DNA of 52,083 bases from an uncultured Alphaproteobacteria bacterium (GTDB taxonomy: Bacteria; Pseudomonadota; Alphaproteobacteria; UBA7887). This document shows positions 1 to 8,712 of the stretch, one piece after another; the first letter of the stretch is position 1, and every line of letters begins with the position of its first letter. A program made the translations under genes and the position numbers. The notes beneath the pieces are model-generated. The model saw only the letters and a program-made list of their open reading frames with translations. It was not told where the DNA came from and made no database searches. The stretch is from assembly GCA_902562525.1 (NCBI GenBank), contig CACETT010000004.1:1-52083 (forward strand). The letters are read 5' to 3'.

Positions 1-2
1 GA

Positions 3-404
3 CTTGTCTTGCCTAGAGTTGCTGAAATCTTGGAGAATAGACAAAGAAAATTGGATCATGACATAGAATCTGCTGAGAGACTGCGGAATGAGGCAGCAGC
101 GGCGTTGGCGGAATATGAGGCGGCCATGCGCGATGCCGCTCTTCAAGCGGAGAATATAGTCTCGGAAGCTCGTGAGAAGCTCAAAATTGAGGCTCAGCAG
201 CGTTTGGATGCCCTGGATAGGCGTCTTGATGAACAAGCTGTGGTGAGTGAGAAAAGGTTAAATGAGTTAGGTGTAGCCGCCGAGGCAGAAGTGCGTAAGG
301 CGGCTGGGGAATTGGTGCCCCTTACTGTCAGCAAGCTCATTGGGCTTGAGGTGTCCTCTGACGAGGTAAGTCAAGCTATCCAAGCTGCTTCTGAGGGGAG
401 GTAG
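3..404 (+). CDS. F0F1 ATP synthase subunit b' (5'-partial, runs off window start)
   Basis: 'LPRVAEILENRQRKLDHDIESAERLRNEA' coiled coil typical of alphaproteobacterial b'; immediately upstream of subunit b. Confidence 0.88.
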   Translation, partial: LVLPRVAEILENRQRKLDHDIESAERLRNEAAAALAEYEAAMRDAALQAENIVSEAREKLKIEAQQRLDALDRRLDEQAVVSEKRLNELGVAAEAEVRKAAGELVPLTVSKLIGLEVSSDEVSQAIQAASEGR

Positions 405-407
405 GAA

Positions 408-911
408 ATGGGCCATGTCCTGGAAAATCCGGAAACTTGGGTGTTGGTGGCGTTTGTAATTTTTGTTGCCTTGGTATCTAAAAAGGCCTGGAGCTTTATC
501 ACAACTAGTTTAGATGAACGAGGGCGGCGCATCGGTGCAGAACTTGAAGAGGCAGCAAGATTACGTGAGGATGCGCAGAGCCTTCTTTCGGAGTACCAGC
601 GTGATCATCGGGGCTTAGAGCAAGAAATCGCGCGCACGCTTGAACGGGCCAGAGAGGAGAGGGATTCCCTAATCTCCGTGGCTGAGGGGAGGTTGGCGAA
701 CCAACTTGCCCTAAAGGAAGCGCAAGCTGAGCAAAACCTGCTTCACGCTGAGGCTAAGATCATAGAAGAAATTCGTTCGAAAGCGTCTGATTTTACGATT
801 ATGGCTGCGCGTGAGTTGATCGGGCGGAAAACGGATTCAGAAAAATCGTCCGCTCTCATAGATAAGGCAATTAATGAGGTGGGTGAAAAACTATCAGCCA
901 GGGGCCAGTGA
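408..911 (+). CDS. atpF: F0F1 ATP synthase subunit b
   Basis: N-terminal TM 'PETWVLVAFVIFVALV', then 'LDERGRRIGAELEEAARLREDAQ' coiled coil; GAGGGGAGG SD upstream. Confidence 0.92.
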   Translation: MGHVLENPETWVLVAFVIFVALVSKKAWSFITTSLDERGRRIGAELEEAARLREDAQSLLSEYQRDHRGLEQEIARTLERAREERDSLISVAEGRLANQLALKEAQAEQNLLHAEAKIIEEIRSKASDFTIMAARELIGRKTDSEKSSALIDKAINEVGEKLSARGQ

Positions 912-928
912 GCACCTAACGGGCCAGT

Positions 929-2461
929 CTAAGTTGCGCTCGGCCCTGTATCTTGCAACCACCTTAGTATTGGATTTCGTGCTGCCTTAGTTTCGTCTAG
1001 CCGGCGTCGCGGAGTATGGACGGGTGCGTTTTGCAGGGCTGCAATATTTTCAGAGGTTGAGTGGTTTGCGATTGTGATCATTGCATCGATGAATTGATCA
1101 AGTATTTCCTTTGTCTCGGTCTCAGTGGGTTCAATTAACATAGCGCCATTAACGATAAGCGGGAAGTATATGGTCATGGGATGGAACCCTTGGTCGATTA
1201 GGGCCTTGGCAACATCCAAAGTTTTTAGCCCGGCTGGTTTCAGGCTTTGGTCATCGCATAGAACTTCGTGCATACACGTACCTGGGTAGGGCATTGAGTA
1301 ATGTTTATGGAGCCCTTGTCGAATATAGTTCGCATTTAGTACAGCATCCTCCGCTACTTGGCGTAGCCCGTCTCCCCCGTGGCTGATTAGATAGGAAAGG
1401 GCTCTGACAAACATTCCCATTTGGCCGTGCCATGCCCGCATTCTTCCAAAAGATTGTTGTGAGTGATCCCCCAGATGTTCAGTTATCGTAAATCCGGATG
1501 CCGACTCTTCAATCCAGGGTAATGGTGCATAAGGTGCCAAAACGGATGTCATCGCTACCGGTCCGGATCCGGGTCCGCCACCCCCATGGGGCGTGGAAAA
1601 AGTCTTATGCAAATTAAGGTGCATAATATCTATGCCCAAATCTGCCGGTTTGACCTTTCCGACGATAGCGTTGAAATTAGCTCCATCGCAATACAACAAG
1701 GCACCGGACTTATGCACGGCATCTGATATCTCCAGAATCTGTCCTTCGAATAATCCGCATGTGTTGGGGTTAGTCAGCATAACTGCTGCCACTTTGTTAT
1801 CCAGCATGTTTTCCAGAGCTTGTAGATCGAGTGTGCCAGAGTCATTGGAAGGTATGGATTTTGTCCTATAACCACACATGGTCGCTGTTGCGGGATTTGT
1901 TCCGTGGGCCGAATCAGCGACAAGCACAGTCTCTCGAGGATCGCCTTGTTTTTCGAGATAGGAGCGAATTACCATGAGCCCGCACAATTCACCTTGGGCG
2001 CCAGCGGCTGGGGATAATGCTATAGTAGGAAATCCCGTGAGTGCGGTAAGCCACTCTTCTAATTCTTTTATGAGGGCCATAGCCCCTTGCACGGTTGAGG
2101 GGGGTTGCAATGGGTGGATATTAGAAAATCCCGGTAGACGAGCAACTGCTTCGTTCAGGCGAGGGTTATGCTTCATGGTGCACGAGCCGAGCGGGTAAAG
2201 TCCAATATCGATGGCGTAGTTATTCCTACTGAGTCTAGTATAGTGACGCACTATTTCCGGTTCAGACAATCCCGGCAATCCTATTTGGTCGAGCCGTTTC
2301 AGCTTGCCAAGTCGATCTGATCTCCCGCTAATCTCCGGAAGGTCCACACCAGACCGATCTGTGGAGCCTTGTTCAAAAATAAGTGCCTCTTCGATATGAA
2401 GTCCTTTGTTGGTTGCAGTCGAAGAAATCATCTTGGTATCAGATACTATTTCTTTATTCAT
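929..2461 (-). CDS. gcvPB: Glycine dehydrogenase (decarboxylating) subunit 2, PLP-binding
   Basis: PLGSCTMKHNP, 'HLNLHKTFSTPHGGGGPG' PLP-lysine motif, 'IEPTETE'; ATGA overlap with gcvPA. Confidence 0.97.
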   Translation of the reverse strand: MNKEIVSDTKMISSTATNKGLHIEEALIFEQGSTDRSGVDLPEISGRSDRLGKLKRLDQIGLPGLSEPEIVRHYTRLSRNNYAIDIGLYPLGSCTMKHNPRLNEAVARLPGFSNIHPLQPPSTVQGAMALIKELEEWLTALTGFPTIALSPAAGAQGELCGLMVIRSYLEKQGDPRETVLVADSAHGTNPATATMCGYRTKSIPSNDSGTLDLQALENMLDNKVAAVMLTNPNTCGLFEGQILEISDAVHKSGALLYCDGANFNAIVGKVKPADLGIDIMHLNLHKTFSTPHGGGGPGSGPVAMTSVLAPYAPLPWIEESASGFTITEHLGDHSQQSFGRMRAWHGQMGMFVRALSYLISHGGDGLRQVAEDAVLNANYIRQGLHKHYSMPYPGTCMHEVLCDDQSLKPAGLKTLDVAKALIDQGFHPMTIYFPLIVNGAMLIEPTETETKEILDQFIDAMITIANHSTSENIAALQNAPVHTPRRRLDETKAARNPILRWLQDTGPSAT

Positions 2462-3819
2462 GATAATTCCTCTGAGATGCTCTCTGCCAGCAGATTGATA
2501 TCTGAGTCACTGGTAAGTTCAGTGGCATTTACTAGCATTAGGTTGTCAAAGTCTTCGCGGTTAGGATATAGCCTTCGGATTGGCACTCCAGCCAATATTT
2601 TCTTTTGGGCTAAAGTTTCGACTAATGGTCCAGCCGGTTTTGGCAATCGTACCGTGAACTCATTAAAGTAGGTCTCATTTAGGATTTCGAGGCCGTCGAT
2701 ATTGCACAATCTGTCTGCTGTTGACATAGCTGCTTCATGGTTCAGAGTGGCGAGATGGGATAGTCCTTTTTCCCCAAGGAGGGAGAGATGAATACTAAAG
2801 GCGAGGGCGCAGAGTCCTGAGTTTGTACATATGTTGCTGGTGGCCTTTTCACGTCGAATGTGTTGCTCCCTGGTGTTGAGGGTCAGCACCCACCCTCGTT
2901 TGCCATCCAAGTCTTCAGTTTGGCCAGCTATCCTTCCTGGGGTTTGCCTTAGGTATTGGCTTTTAGTTGCAAAAAGTCCAACATATGGGCCTCCAAAGTT
3001 TAGCCCAACACCAAGAGATTGGCCCTCACCAACAACAATATCTGCCCCCATCTCACCCGGGCTTTTAAGGGCGGCTAATGCCACCGGCTCATTAAACACA
3101 ATAATTAAGAGTGCGCCTGCTTTTTTGCATTGCTCTCCCAGTTGAGAAAAGTCTCTAATCAATCCAAAAAAGTCGGGGTATTGAACTACAACACACGCTG
3201 TTTCTTTGTTAATCCGCTTTTCTAAGGCCGCTGTGTCATGATGGCCCTTAGCGGGGGCCTCAGGCCGGCTTTTCTCGATGCTTAGCTCGGAGAACTGTGC
3301 CAATGTTTCTACCACGTCACAGTAAAACGGGTGAAGGCCACCAGACAGAATAACCTTCTTTCGCTTGGTGACACGTCCAGCCATTAACACGGCTTCCGCA
3401 CAAGCTGTAGAGCCGTCATACATAGACGCATTAGCAAGCTCCATCCCAGTTAAGAGTGCGACTTGTGTTTGAAATTCAAATACAGCTTGCAGGGTTCCTT
3501 GGCTGATCTCGGGCTGGTAAGGGGTGTAAGAAGTTAAAAATTCACCGCGTTGTATGAGCGAGTCCACTGTCGCGGGAATATGATGTCGATAGGCCCCGCC
3601 GCCAAGGAAGGAAGGGGCATCACTTGCGGCTAGGTTAAGATTTGCTAGACTTTGTAGGTGGTGGGTCACCTCCAATTCTCCAGAGTGAGATGGCAGGGTG
3701 TTCGCGAAGGAAGACAGTGCAGTTTCCGGTATTTGGTCAAAAAGTTCGTTGATATTTTCAATACCTATTTTTGCCATCATAAGTTCGCGTTCGCGCTTGG
3801 TGTGAGGAAGGTATCGCAT
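2458..3819 (-). CDS. gcvPA: Glycine dehydrogenase (decarboxylating) subunit 1
   Basis: 'MRYLPHT', 'YTPYQPEISQG', 'NASMYDG', 'REQHIRREKATSNICTN'. Confidence 0.97.
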   Translation of the reverse strand: MRYLPHTKRERELMMAKIGIENINELFDQIPETALSSFANTLPSHSGELEVTHHLQSLANLNLAASDAPSFLGGGAYRHHIPATVDSLIQRGEFLTSYTPYQPEISQGTLQAVFEFQTQVALLTGMELANASMYDGSTACAEAVLMAGRVTKRKKVILSGGLHPFYCDVVETLAQFSELSIEKSRPEAPAKGHHDTAALEKRINKETACVVVQYPDFFGLIRDFSQLGEQCKKAGALLIIVFNEPVALAALKSPGEMGADIVVGEGQSLGVGLNFGGPYVGLFATKSQYLRQTPGRIAGQTEDLDGKRGWVLTLNTREQHIRREKATSNICTNSGLCALAFSIHLSLLGEKGLSHLATLNHEAAMSTADRLCNIDGLEILNETYFNEFTVRLPKPAGPLVETLAQKKILAGVPIRRLYPNREDFDNLMLVNATELTSDSDINLLAESISEELS

Positions 3820-3831
3820 AGTCGGTGATCC

Positions 3832-4227
3832 TTAACTTAGTGAAGTTACAAAGCTCTCATATGCTGCCTCATCCATCAAACTCTCAAGCTCAGAGGGGTC
3901 TGCAAGTTCTAGAGAAAAGAACCAACCTACTTCTCGCGGGTCACTGTTGATCAACCCGGGATCATCTATGATGGTGTTGTTAATATTGATAACTTTTCCA
4001 CTGACTGGAGTAAAAAATTCACTTGCAGCTTTAACGGATTCTATTGTGGCGGCTTCATCTCCTTTTTGAACGGTTATTCCTACCTCTGGCAATTCAACAA
4101 AGACAATATCGCCAAGCTGCTCTTGGGCAAAATCCGTTATTCCAACGATCCCGATTGCATTAGTCTTCTCGCCTCCTTCTTCTAACCGAACCCATTCATG
4201 GTCCTTAGTATATTTGGCTTTTCGCAT
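3832..4227 (-). CDS. gcvH: Glycine cleavage system H protein
   Basis: 'YTKDHEW', 'GITDFAQEQLGDIVFVELP', lipoyl-lysine 'IESVKAAS'. Confidence 0.97.
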   Translation of the reverse strand: MRKAKYTKDHEWVRLEEGGEKTNAIGIVGITDFAQEQLGDIVFVELPEVGITVQKGDEAATIESVKAASEFFTPVSGKVININNTIIDDPGLINSDPREVGWFFSLELADPSELESLMDEAAYESFVTSLS

Positions 4228-4239
4228 CGAGTGGTTCTC

Positions 4240-5370
4240 CTATTTCCTAAAATAGCGATGGGGTACAAATGGCAATGAAACCTGTGTTGCCTCTATATCT
4301 TTGCCACGCACTGTGACCCAAGGGTTTTCTTTTGAGTCTAGACGCTTTCTTTCAACGTAACCAACGGCTATGGAGCGGTTGGTGGTTGGACTGAAGCTAC
4401 CACTTGTGATCTCTCCGCATTGTTCACCAGCATTGTTTTTTATAGGTGTACCCGTTCTGGCTATAGTTTTGTTCGCAATAGTTAGGGCAATCCTTCTTCG
4501 TGAGGGTCTTTCATGTAACTGTTTTAAAATCACTTTTGCTCCAGAAAAATTCGCCTCGTTTCGTCGTCGGTGATTTATGGTCCAGGACAAGCCGGCTTCA
4601 ACAGGTGTAGTATCTTCAGTTAAATCTTGCCCACATAAACTCAGCCCCGCTTCCAGTCTAAGGGTGTCCCTTGCTCCTAACCCTGCCATTCCGACTTTTT
4701 CATCGAGAAGGAGTGTTTGTGCAATATGCTGTATGCGATCTGGTGCAGCTGCTATTTCGTAACCATCTTCGCCGGTATATCCAGAGCGAGACACCCAACA
4801 GGATTGCCCGCAAATGGTTGAATACGCACCTTCCAAAAAAGATAGATCCATAGGCTCAGAGCTATAGCGCATCAAAACCTCGGATGAATCTGGCCCCTGA
4901 AGGGCAATTAGACCCTGCTTTTCTTGTTTTATAGCAATGTTTTGGGATAGGCCTCCGCGAAGGATCTCGAAGTCTTTGTCTCTATTATTAGCATTCCCAA
5001 CAATAAGGAAATTGGTGGGTGTGCGTGCGACTATCAGGTCGTCGATTATTCCTCCCTGTCTATTAGTGAACATCGTGTAGCATAGTTGACCTTGCTTTAA
5101 CTCGATAAGGTTGCCAGGAATAAGAGTTTCTAGCTCTGCTGCCAAATGCTCGAGTCCTAATGGGCTCGTAAGGGTGAACTGGCCCATGTGGGAAACATCG
5201 AACAAGGAGGCTTTCGCTCTACAATGCTTGTGCTCCGCGAGGATGCCCGCCGGGTAATTTAGTGGCATGAGAAATCCCCCGAACGGTGTCATCTTTGCGC
5301 CTAATGACAAATGAAATTCTGCCAGCGGGGAGTGCAGTAATGGGGATTTATCAGTGGGGTCTTGGCTCAA
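4240..5370 (-). CDS. gcvT: Glycine cleavage system aminomethyltransferase T (start re-called to TTG at 5370)
   Basis: 'LFDVSHMG', 'SRSGYTGEDGYEI', 'GLGARDTLRLEAG'; GGAGAG SD just before TTG; the longer track ORF runs through the riboswitch. Confidence 0.95.
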   Translation of the reverse strand: MSQDPTDKSPLLHSPLAEFHLSLGAKMTPFGGFLMPLNYPAGILAEHKHCRAKASLFDVSHMGQFTLTSPLGLEHLAAELETLIPGNLIELKQGQLCYTMFTNRQGGIIDDLIVARTPTNFLIVGNANNRDKDFEILRGGLSQNIAIKQEKQGLIALQGPDSSEVLMRYSSEPMDLSFLEGAYSTICGQSCWVSRSGYTGEDGYEIAAAPDRIQHIAQTLLLDEKVGMAGLGARDTLRLEAGLSLCGQDLTEDTTPVEAGLSWTINHRRRNEANFSGAKVILKQLHERPSRRRIALTIANKTIARTGTPIKNNAGEQCGEITSGSFSPTTNRSIAVGYVERKRLDSKENPWVTVRGKDIEATQVSLPFVPHRYFRK

Positions 5371-5410
5371 ATTTCTCTCCAGAGGCTTCGACGCACAACA
5401 AACGATGGCG

Positions 5411-5610
5411 CCCCCTCTGTCTGAGAACCTGAGAGATTTCCCGCTGAAAAAACTCAGCGATTTACTCCTTCGGTGGGATTTGGGAGATAATGCCCCCAAA
5501 CCAGCTTTCCAGAGTTTTAACATCAGCGCGGTCCATTTGCCTGAGAGTTTCCGGGGCGGTTGCTCCTTCGGCTCTGACCTGTATTAAGTCAGTATCTCCC
5601 GCGACGATGC
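5411..5610 (-). ncRNA. Tandem glycine riboswitch (two aptamers, ~5521-5609 and ~5415-5514)
   Basis: Minus strand reads GCGGGAGA...GCCGAAGGAGCAACCGCCCCGGAAACTCTCAGGCAAATGGACCGC, then CTCTGGAAAG...CACCGAAGGAGTAAA...AATCTCTCAGG...GACAGAG; these are the conserved glycine aptamer motifs, directly upstream of gcvT. Confidence 0.95.
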
Positions 5611-5667
5611 TTCCTATGATAGTCCGTAGCTTCACGGCGTCAACAAGAGCTCACTAAATTGTGACGT

Positions 5668-6327
5668 CTATTTAAATTTCCTCATACGGACGTATTCCAT
5701 TTGCTGCTCTGAAAGTTGAAAGCCTACCATCATTTCGTAGCCCTCAGCTTCATCCAAACGATCAATTGGGATATTCACCAAAATGCTCTCAATCAGCGTT
5801 CTTTGCACAGATAAACCCTCGCTTTCCGAAGGGATTTCCGTTTGAAAAATCGTCTTTGTGGTAATTTTACCGAATCGGTTTGTTAGTGCTACAAAGTAGG
5901 GAAGAGGCTGGATCACAGCTTGTTTTTCGGCGGAATCGGGAAGGTAGAGTATAGATATCTCCACGTCCGTTGCTAAAATGGCGAACTTCGACAGCGGGTT
6001 TTTTTCTTTTTCACTTAGATACCTAAGCCCACAGGAAATTTTTACAGTTGTAATTCTTGCGATGGGTTTTGGACTTTCCCCGCTGCTTTGTTCACTGGCC
6101 AGGAAATATGTGTCGCCATCACGCAGAATTCTAGTGGCGGGGCAAGTGACCTCCTGGGTTTCAAAAATGTTTAATTTTTCTTCTATCGCCTTTTGAGAAG
6201 GAATATAAACAGAGGAGCAGGAGGTAATGGTTAATGCAAAAGAGGCAAGGGATAATATTTTAAGCGCGTGCGCTCCCGGTTGCACCACTTTAAGTATAGC
6301 GCTTATAGACAGGCCTAAACTTGGCAT
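5668..6327 (-). CDS. Hypothetical lipoprotein
   Basis: Hydrophobic stretch ending in lipobox-like 'LTITSC'; 'CPATRIL' and 'LPYFVAL...YEMMVGFQL' resemble an alphaproteobacterial conserved hypothetical lipoprotein; start uncertain. Confidence 0.7.
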   Translation of the reverse strand: MPSLGLSISAILKVVQPGAHALKILSLASFALTITSCSSVYIPSQKAIEEKLNIFETQEVTCPATRILRDGDTYFLASEQSSGESPKPIARITTVKISCGLRYLSEKEKNPLSKFAILATDVEISILYLPDSAEKQAVIQPLPYFVALTNRFGKITTKTIFQTEIPSESEGLSVQRTLIESILVNIPIDRLDEAEGYEMMVGFQLSEQQMEYVRMRKFK

Positions 6328-6552
6328 TCACATGATCCTCGCCCTGTTACCCAACTATTCTTCTTGCTAGGATCATCGTTGCATTTTTCCAGGATATACC
6401 TTGCGCTTTTTGGCCAGCCTTTGGTAGTTAATAGGTGAACTGTATCCATGGTGCGATAATTGGGTGGGTAGAGCAATAATTTTATAAGTTGCATTAGTTC
6501 ATTAAGTGCCTTTGACGACGTCCATTAAAAGAGTTAGAGCGGTCTTGGAATA

Positions 6553-7527
6553 GTGGCTGTTTATACAAAGATAAATGATCGGGAGTTGCAAGCCTTTCTT
6601 TCCAGGTATCAGTTGGGGGAGTGCTTGGAGGTATCAGAAATTCCTGAAGGCGTTGAGAATTCTAATTATCGTTTACGGACAGAGCAGGGCTGCTTCATTC
6701 TGACAATTTTCGAGCAGCGCGTGGCTCATGAAGATCTTCCCTTTTTTATGGATTTGATGGAGTTTTTGTCTATAGAGGGAATATGTTGTCCTGTGCCTAT
6801 ATTAGCCAGGGATGGTCAGACCCTAGGTCAACTGGGCGGGAAGCCAGCAGCCGTACTGAGCCATTTGCCGGGGACCAGTATTTCTGCACCGAATCCCAGA
6901 CATTGTAGTCTGATTGGGTCCTTGCTTGCCGATGTACACAATGCGGGCCTGAACTTCTCCAGGGGACGTGCTAATAGCCTGGCGTTAAAAGATTGGCCAA
7001 TCTTATTAAAGCAAATCGGTTCCAACGGAGATTTGGTGTCGCCTGGCATTACAGCGGACTTGAAAGACGAAATTCAATATCTCTCTCGGCACTGGCCAGA
7101 AGGTCTTCCGCAGGGCATCATTCATGGTGACTTGTTTCCCGACAATGTGCTATTTGTTGATGGAAATATATCCGGTGTCATTGATTTTTATTTCTCCTGT
7201 CGAGATTTTCTGGCTTACGATCTCAGTGTCTGCCTTAATGCGTGGGCATTTGATTTTAATGGAGAGTTCAATAGGGGACGGTCTAAAGCGCTAATAAAGG
7301 GTTATTATAATAAGCGGGTTTTGACCGGCCACGAGTATGAGATGTTGCCTATTTTTTGCCGCGGGTCGGCGCTGCGGTTTTTATTGACCAGGCTCTACGA
7401 TCACATCAATGTACCGGTGGCGATGATTGGCACGACAAAAGATCCCTTAGAATATTATAAAAAACTGCTCTTTCACCGCAATGTTACCAGCGCGGCTGAC
7501 TATGGGTACTTCTATAAAAATGGCTGA
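6553..7527 (+). CDS. thrB: Homoserine kinase type II (APH-like)
   Basis: 'MAVYT', 'GVENSNY', '[10 protein letters not shown]', 'IDFYF', '[10 protein letters not shown]', 'KDPLEY'. Confidence 0.96.
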   Translation: MAVYTKINDRELQAFLSRYQLGECLEVSEIPEGVENSNYRLRTEQGCFILTIFEQRVAHEDLPFFMDLMEFLSIEGICCPVPILARDGQTLGQLGGKPAAVLSHLPGTSISAPNPRHCSLIGSLLADVHNAGLNFSRGRANSLALKDWPILLKQIGSNGDLVSPGITADLKDEIQYLSRHWPEGLPQGIIHGDLFPDNVLFVDGNISGVIDFYFSCRDFLAYDLSVCLNAWAFDFNGEFNRGRSKALIKGYYNKRVLTGHEYEMLPIFCRGSALRFLLTRLYDHINVPVAMIGTTKDPLEYYKKLLFHRNVTSAADYGYFYKNG

Positions 7528-7972
7528 AACTGCCGCAGTAAGAATCTATACGGATGGAGCGTGTGCAGGGAATCCTGGCCCTGGGGGATGGGGAGCGTTG
7601 TTGAGTTTTTCTGGTGTGGAAAAGGAAATATTTGGTGGAGAAAGTGGGAGCACTAATAACAGGATGGAATTATTGGCAGCTATAAAGGCACTCGAGGTGT
7701 TAACCCGGCCAAGCAAAGTAAGGTTATCAACCGATTCTGTTTATTTGAAGGATGGAATTACTAAATGGATTCACAACTGGAAGTCCAATGGCTGGCGTAC
7801 TGCGGGAAAAAAGCCAGTCAAAAATGTGGATCTATGGAAACGTTTACTCGAGGTTTCTGGGCCCCATGAAATCGAGTGGGAATGGGTAAGGGGTCATTCG
7901 GGACATCCGGGCAATGAACGAGCAGATGCGTTAGCTCGCCGGGGTATCGCGGAAGGCTCCGAGCATAACTAG
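7520..7972 (+). CDS. rnhA: Ribonuclease HI
   Basis: '[17 protein letters not shown]', 'TNNRMEL', '[15 protein letters not shown]'; ATG at 7520 overlaps the end of thrB. Confidence 0.97.
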   Translation: MAETAAVRIYTDGACAGNPGPGGWGALLSFSGVEKEIFGGESGSTNNRMELLAAIKALEVLTRPSKVRLSTDSVYLKDGITKWIHNWKSNGWRTAGKKPVKNVDLWKRLLEVSGPHEIEWEWVRGHSGHPGNERADALARRGIAEGSEHN

Positions 7973-8065
7973 CCGATGAGAGCAGTATTGCTTTTTGCAA
8001 AACTGACCACTGTGGCAGCTGACTTGTTAGAATAGGTTTTTGCTGCCGCAGTTTAAGACCGAGAG

Positions 8066-8548
8066 CTATAGTTTAGTAAGGATGTGCTCCGCGCTGGAAT
8101 TATTAAGGCCGGGACCCTCCTCTACTTCAAGAGTTGTAACCTTTCCATCGTCTATTATCATGGCGTATCTCTGGGATCGAGTGCCGAGGCCAAAGCCGGA
8201 GCCGTCCATTGTAAGGTCGAGCAAGCGGGTTAAATCGCCATTGCCATCGCCAAGCATCATAATATCGTGGCCGGCGCTGCGATCTTTTCCCCATGCATCC
8301 ATAACGAAGGCATCATTAACTGATAAGCAGATGATTTGGTCCACTCCTTTTGCCTTTATCTCAGAGGCATGGGTAAGGAATCCAGGGACATGCTTGGCAG
8401 AGCAGGTTGGGGTGAATGCACCTGGTACGGCAAATAAGACAGTCTTCTTACCACCCAAAAGCTGGTCGGTGTCGATGTCTTCCATTCCATCAGCGCCTAA
8501 ATATTTTAGAGTAACCGAAGGCATTTTTTCTCCGACTTTGATGGGCAT
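8066..8548 (-). CDS. Peroxiredoxin, Prx5 class
   Basis: 'VPGAFTPTCSAKHVPG', 'SVNDAFVMDAW', 'RSQRYAM'; no signal peptide. Confidence 0.95.
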   Translation of the reverse strand: MPIKVGEKMPSVTLKYLGADGMEDIDTDQLLGGKKTVLFAVPGAFTPTCSAKHVPGFLTHASEIKAKGVDQIICLSVNDAFVMDAWGKDRSAGHDIMMLGDGNGDLTRLLDLTMDGSGFGLGTRSQRYAMIIDDGKVTTLEVEEGPGLNNSSAEHILTKL

Positions 8549-8712
8549 CTTTTCTCTCCTACGTGTTTTATAATGTCTTAATAGAGGAATAGACCTCGCT
8601 GGAACGTACAGTATCAGTCAATTGCTTTTCACTAAAGGTCCCAGCAGCTATGATACTAATGTTCGTTACGAGGCTAGCATAGCGTTTGTTAACGGGGAGC
8701 GCACTTCTTACC

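Noticed and set aside
929-3819. Glycine decarboxylase split into two genes, possibly a frameshift
   Set aside because: gcvPA/gcvPB is a well-known natural two-subunit form; both genes have proper starts and an ATGA overlap
5371-5523. 51-aa N-terminal extension of GcvT in the ORF track (could be read as a leader or targeting peptide)
   Set aside because: It runs through riboswitch aptamer 2; a TTG with a good SD at 5370 gives a normal-length GcvT
8040-8573. 177-aa antisense ORF over the peroxiredoxin, and similar shadow ORFs (e.g. 15410-15940, 16575-17039, 25263-25958, 38910-39428)
   Set aside because: They lie antisense to well-supported genes, have no recognisable motifs, and show the Ser/Pro-rich composition typical of shadow frames
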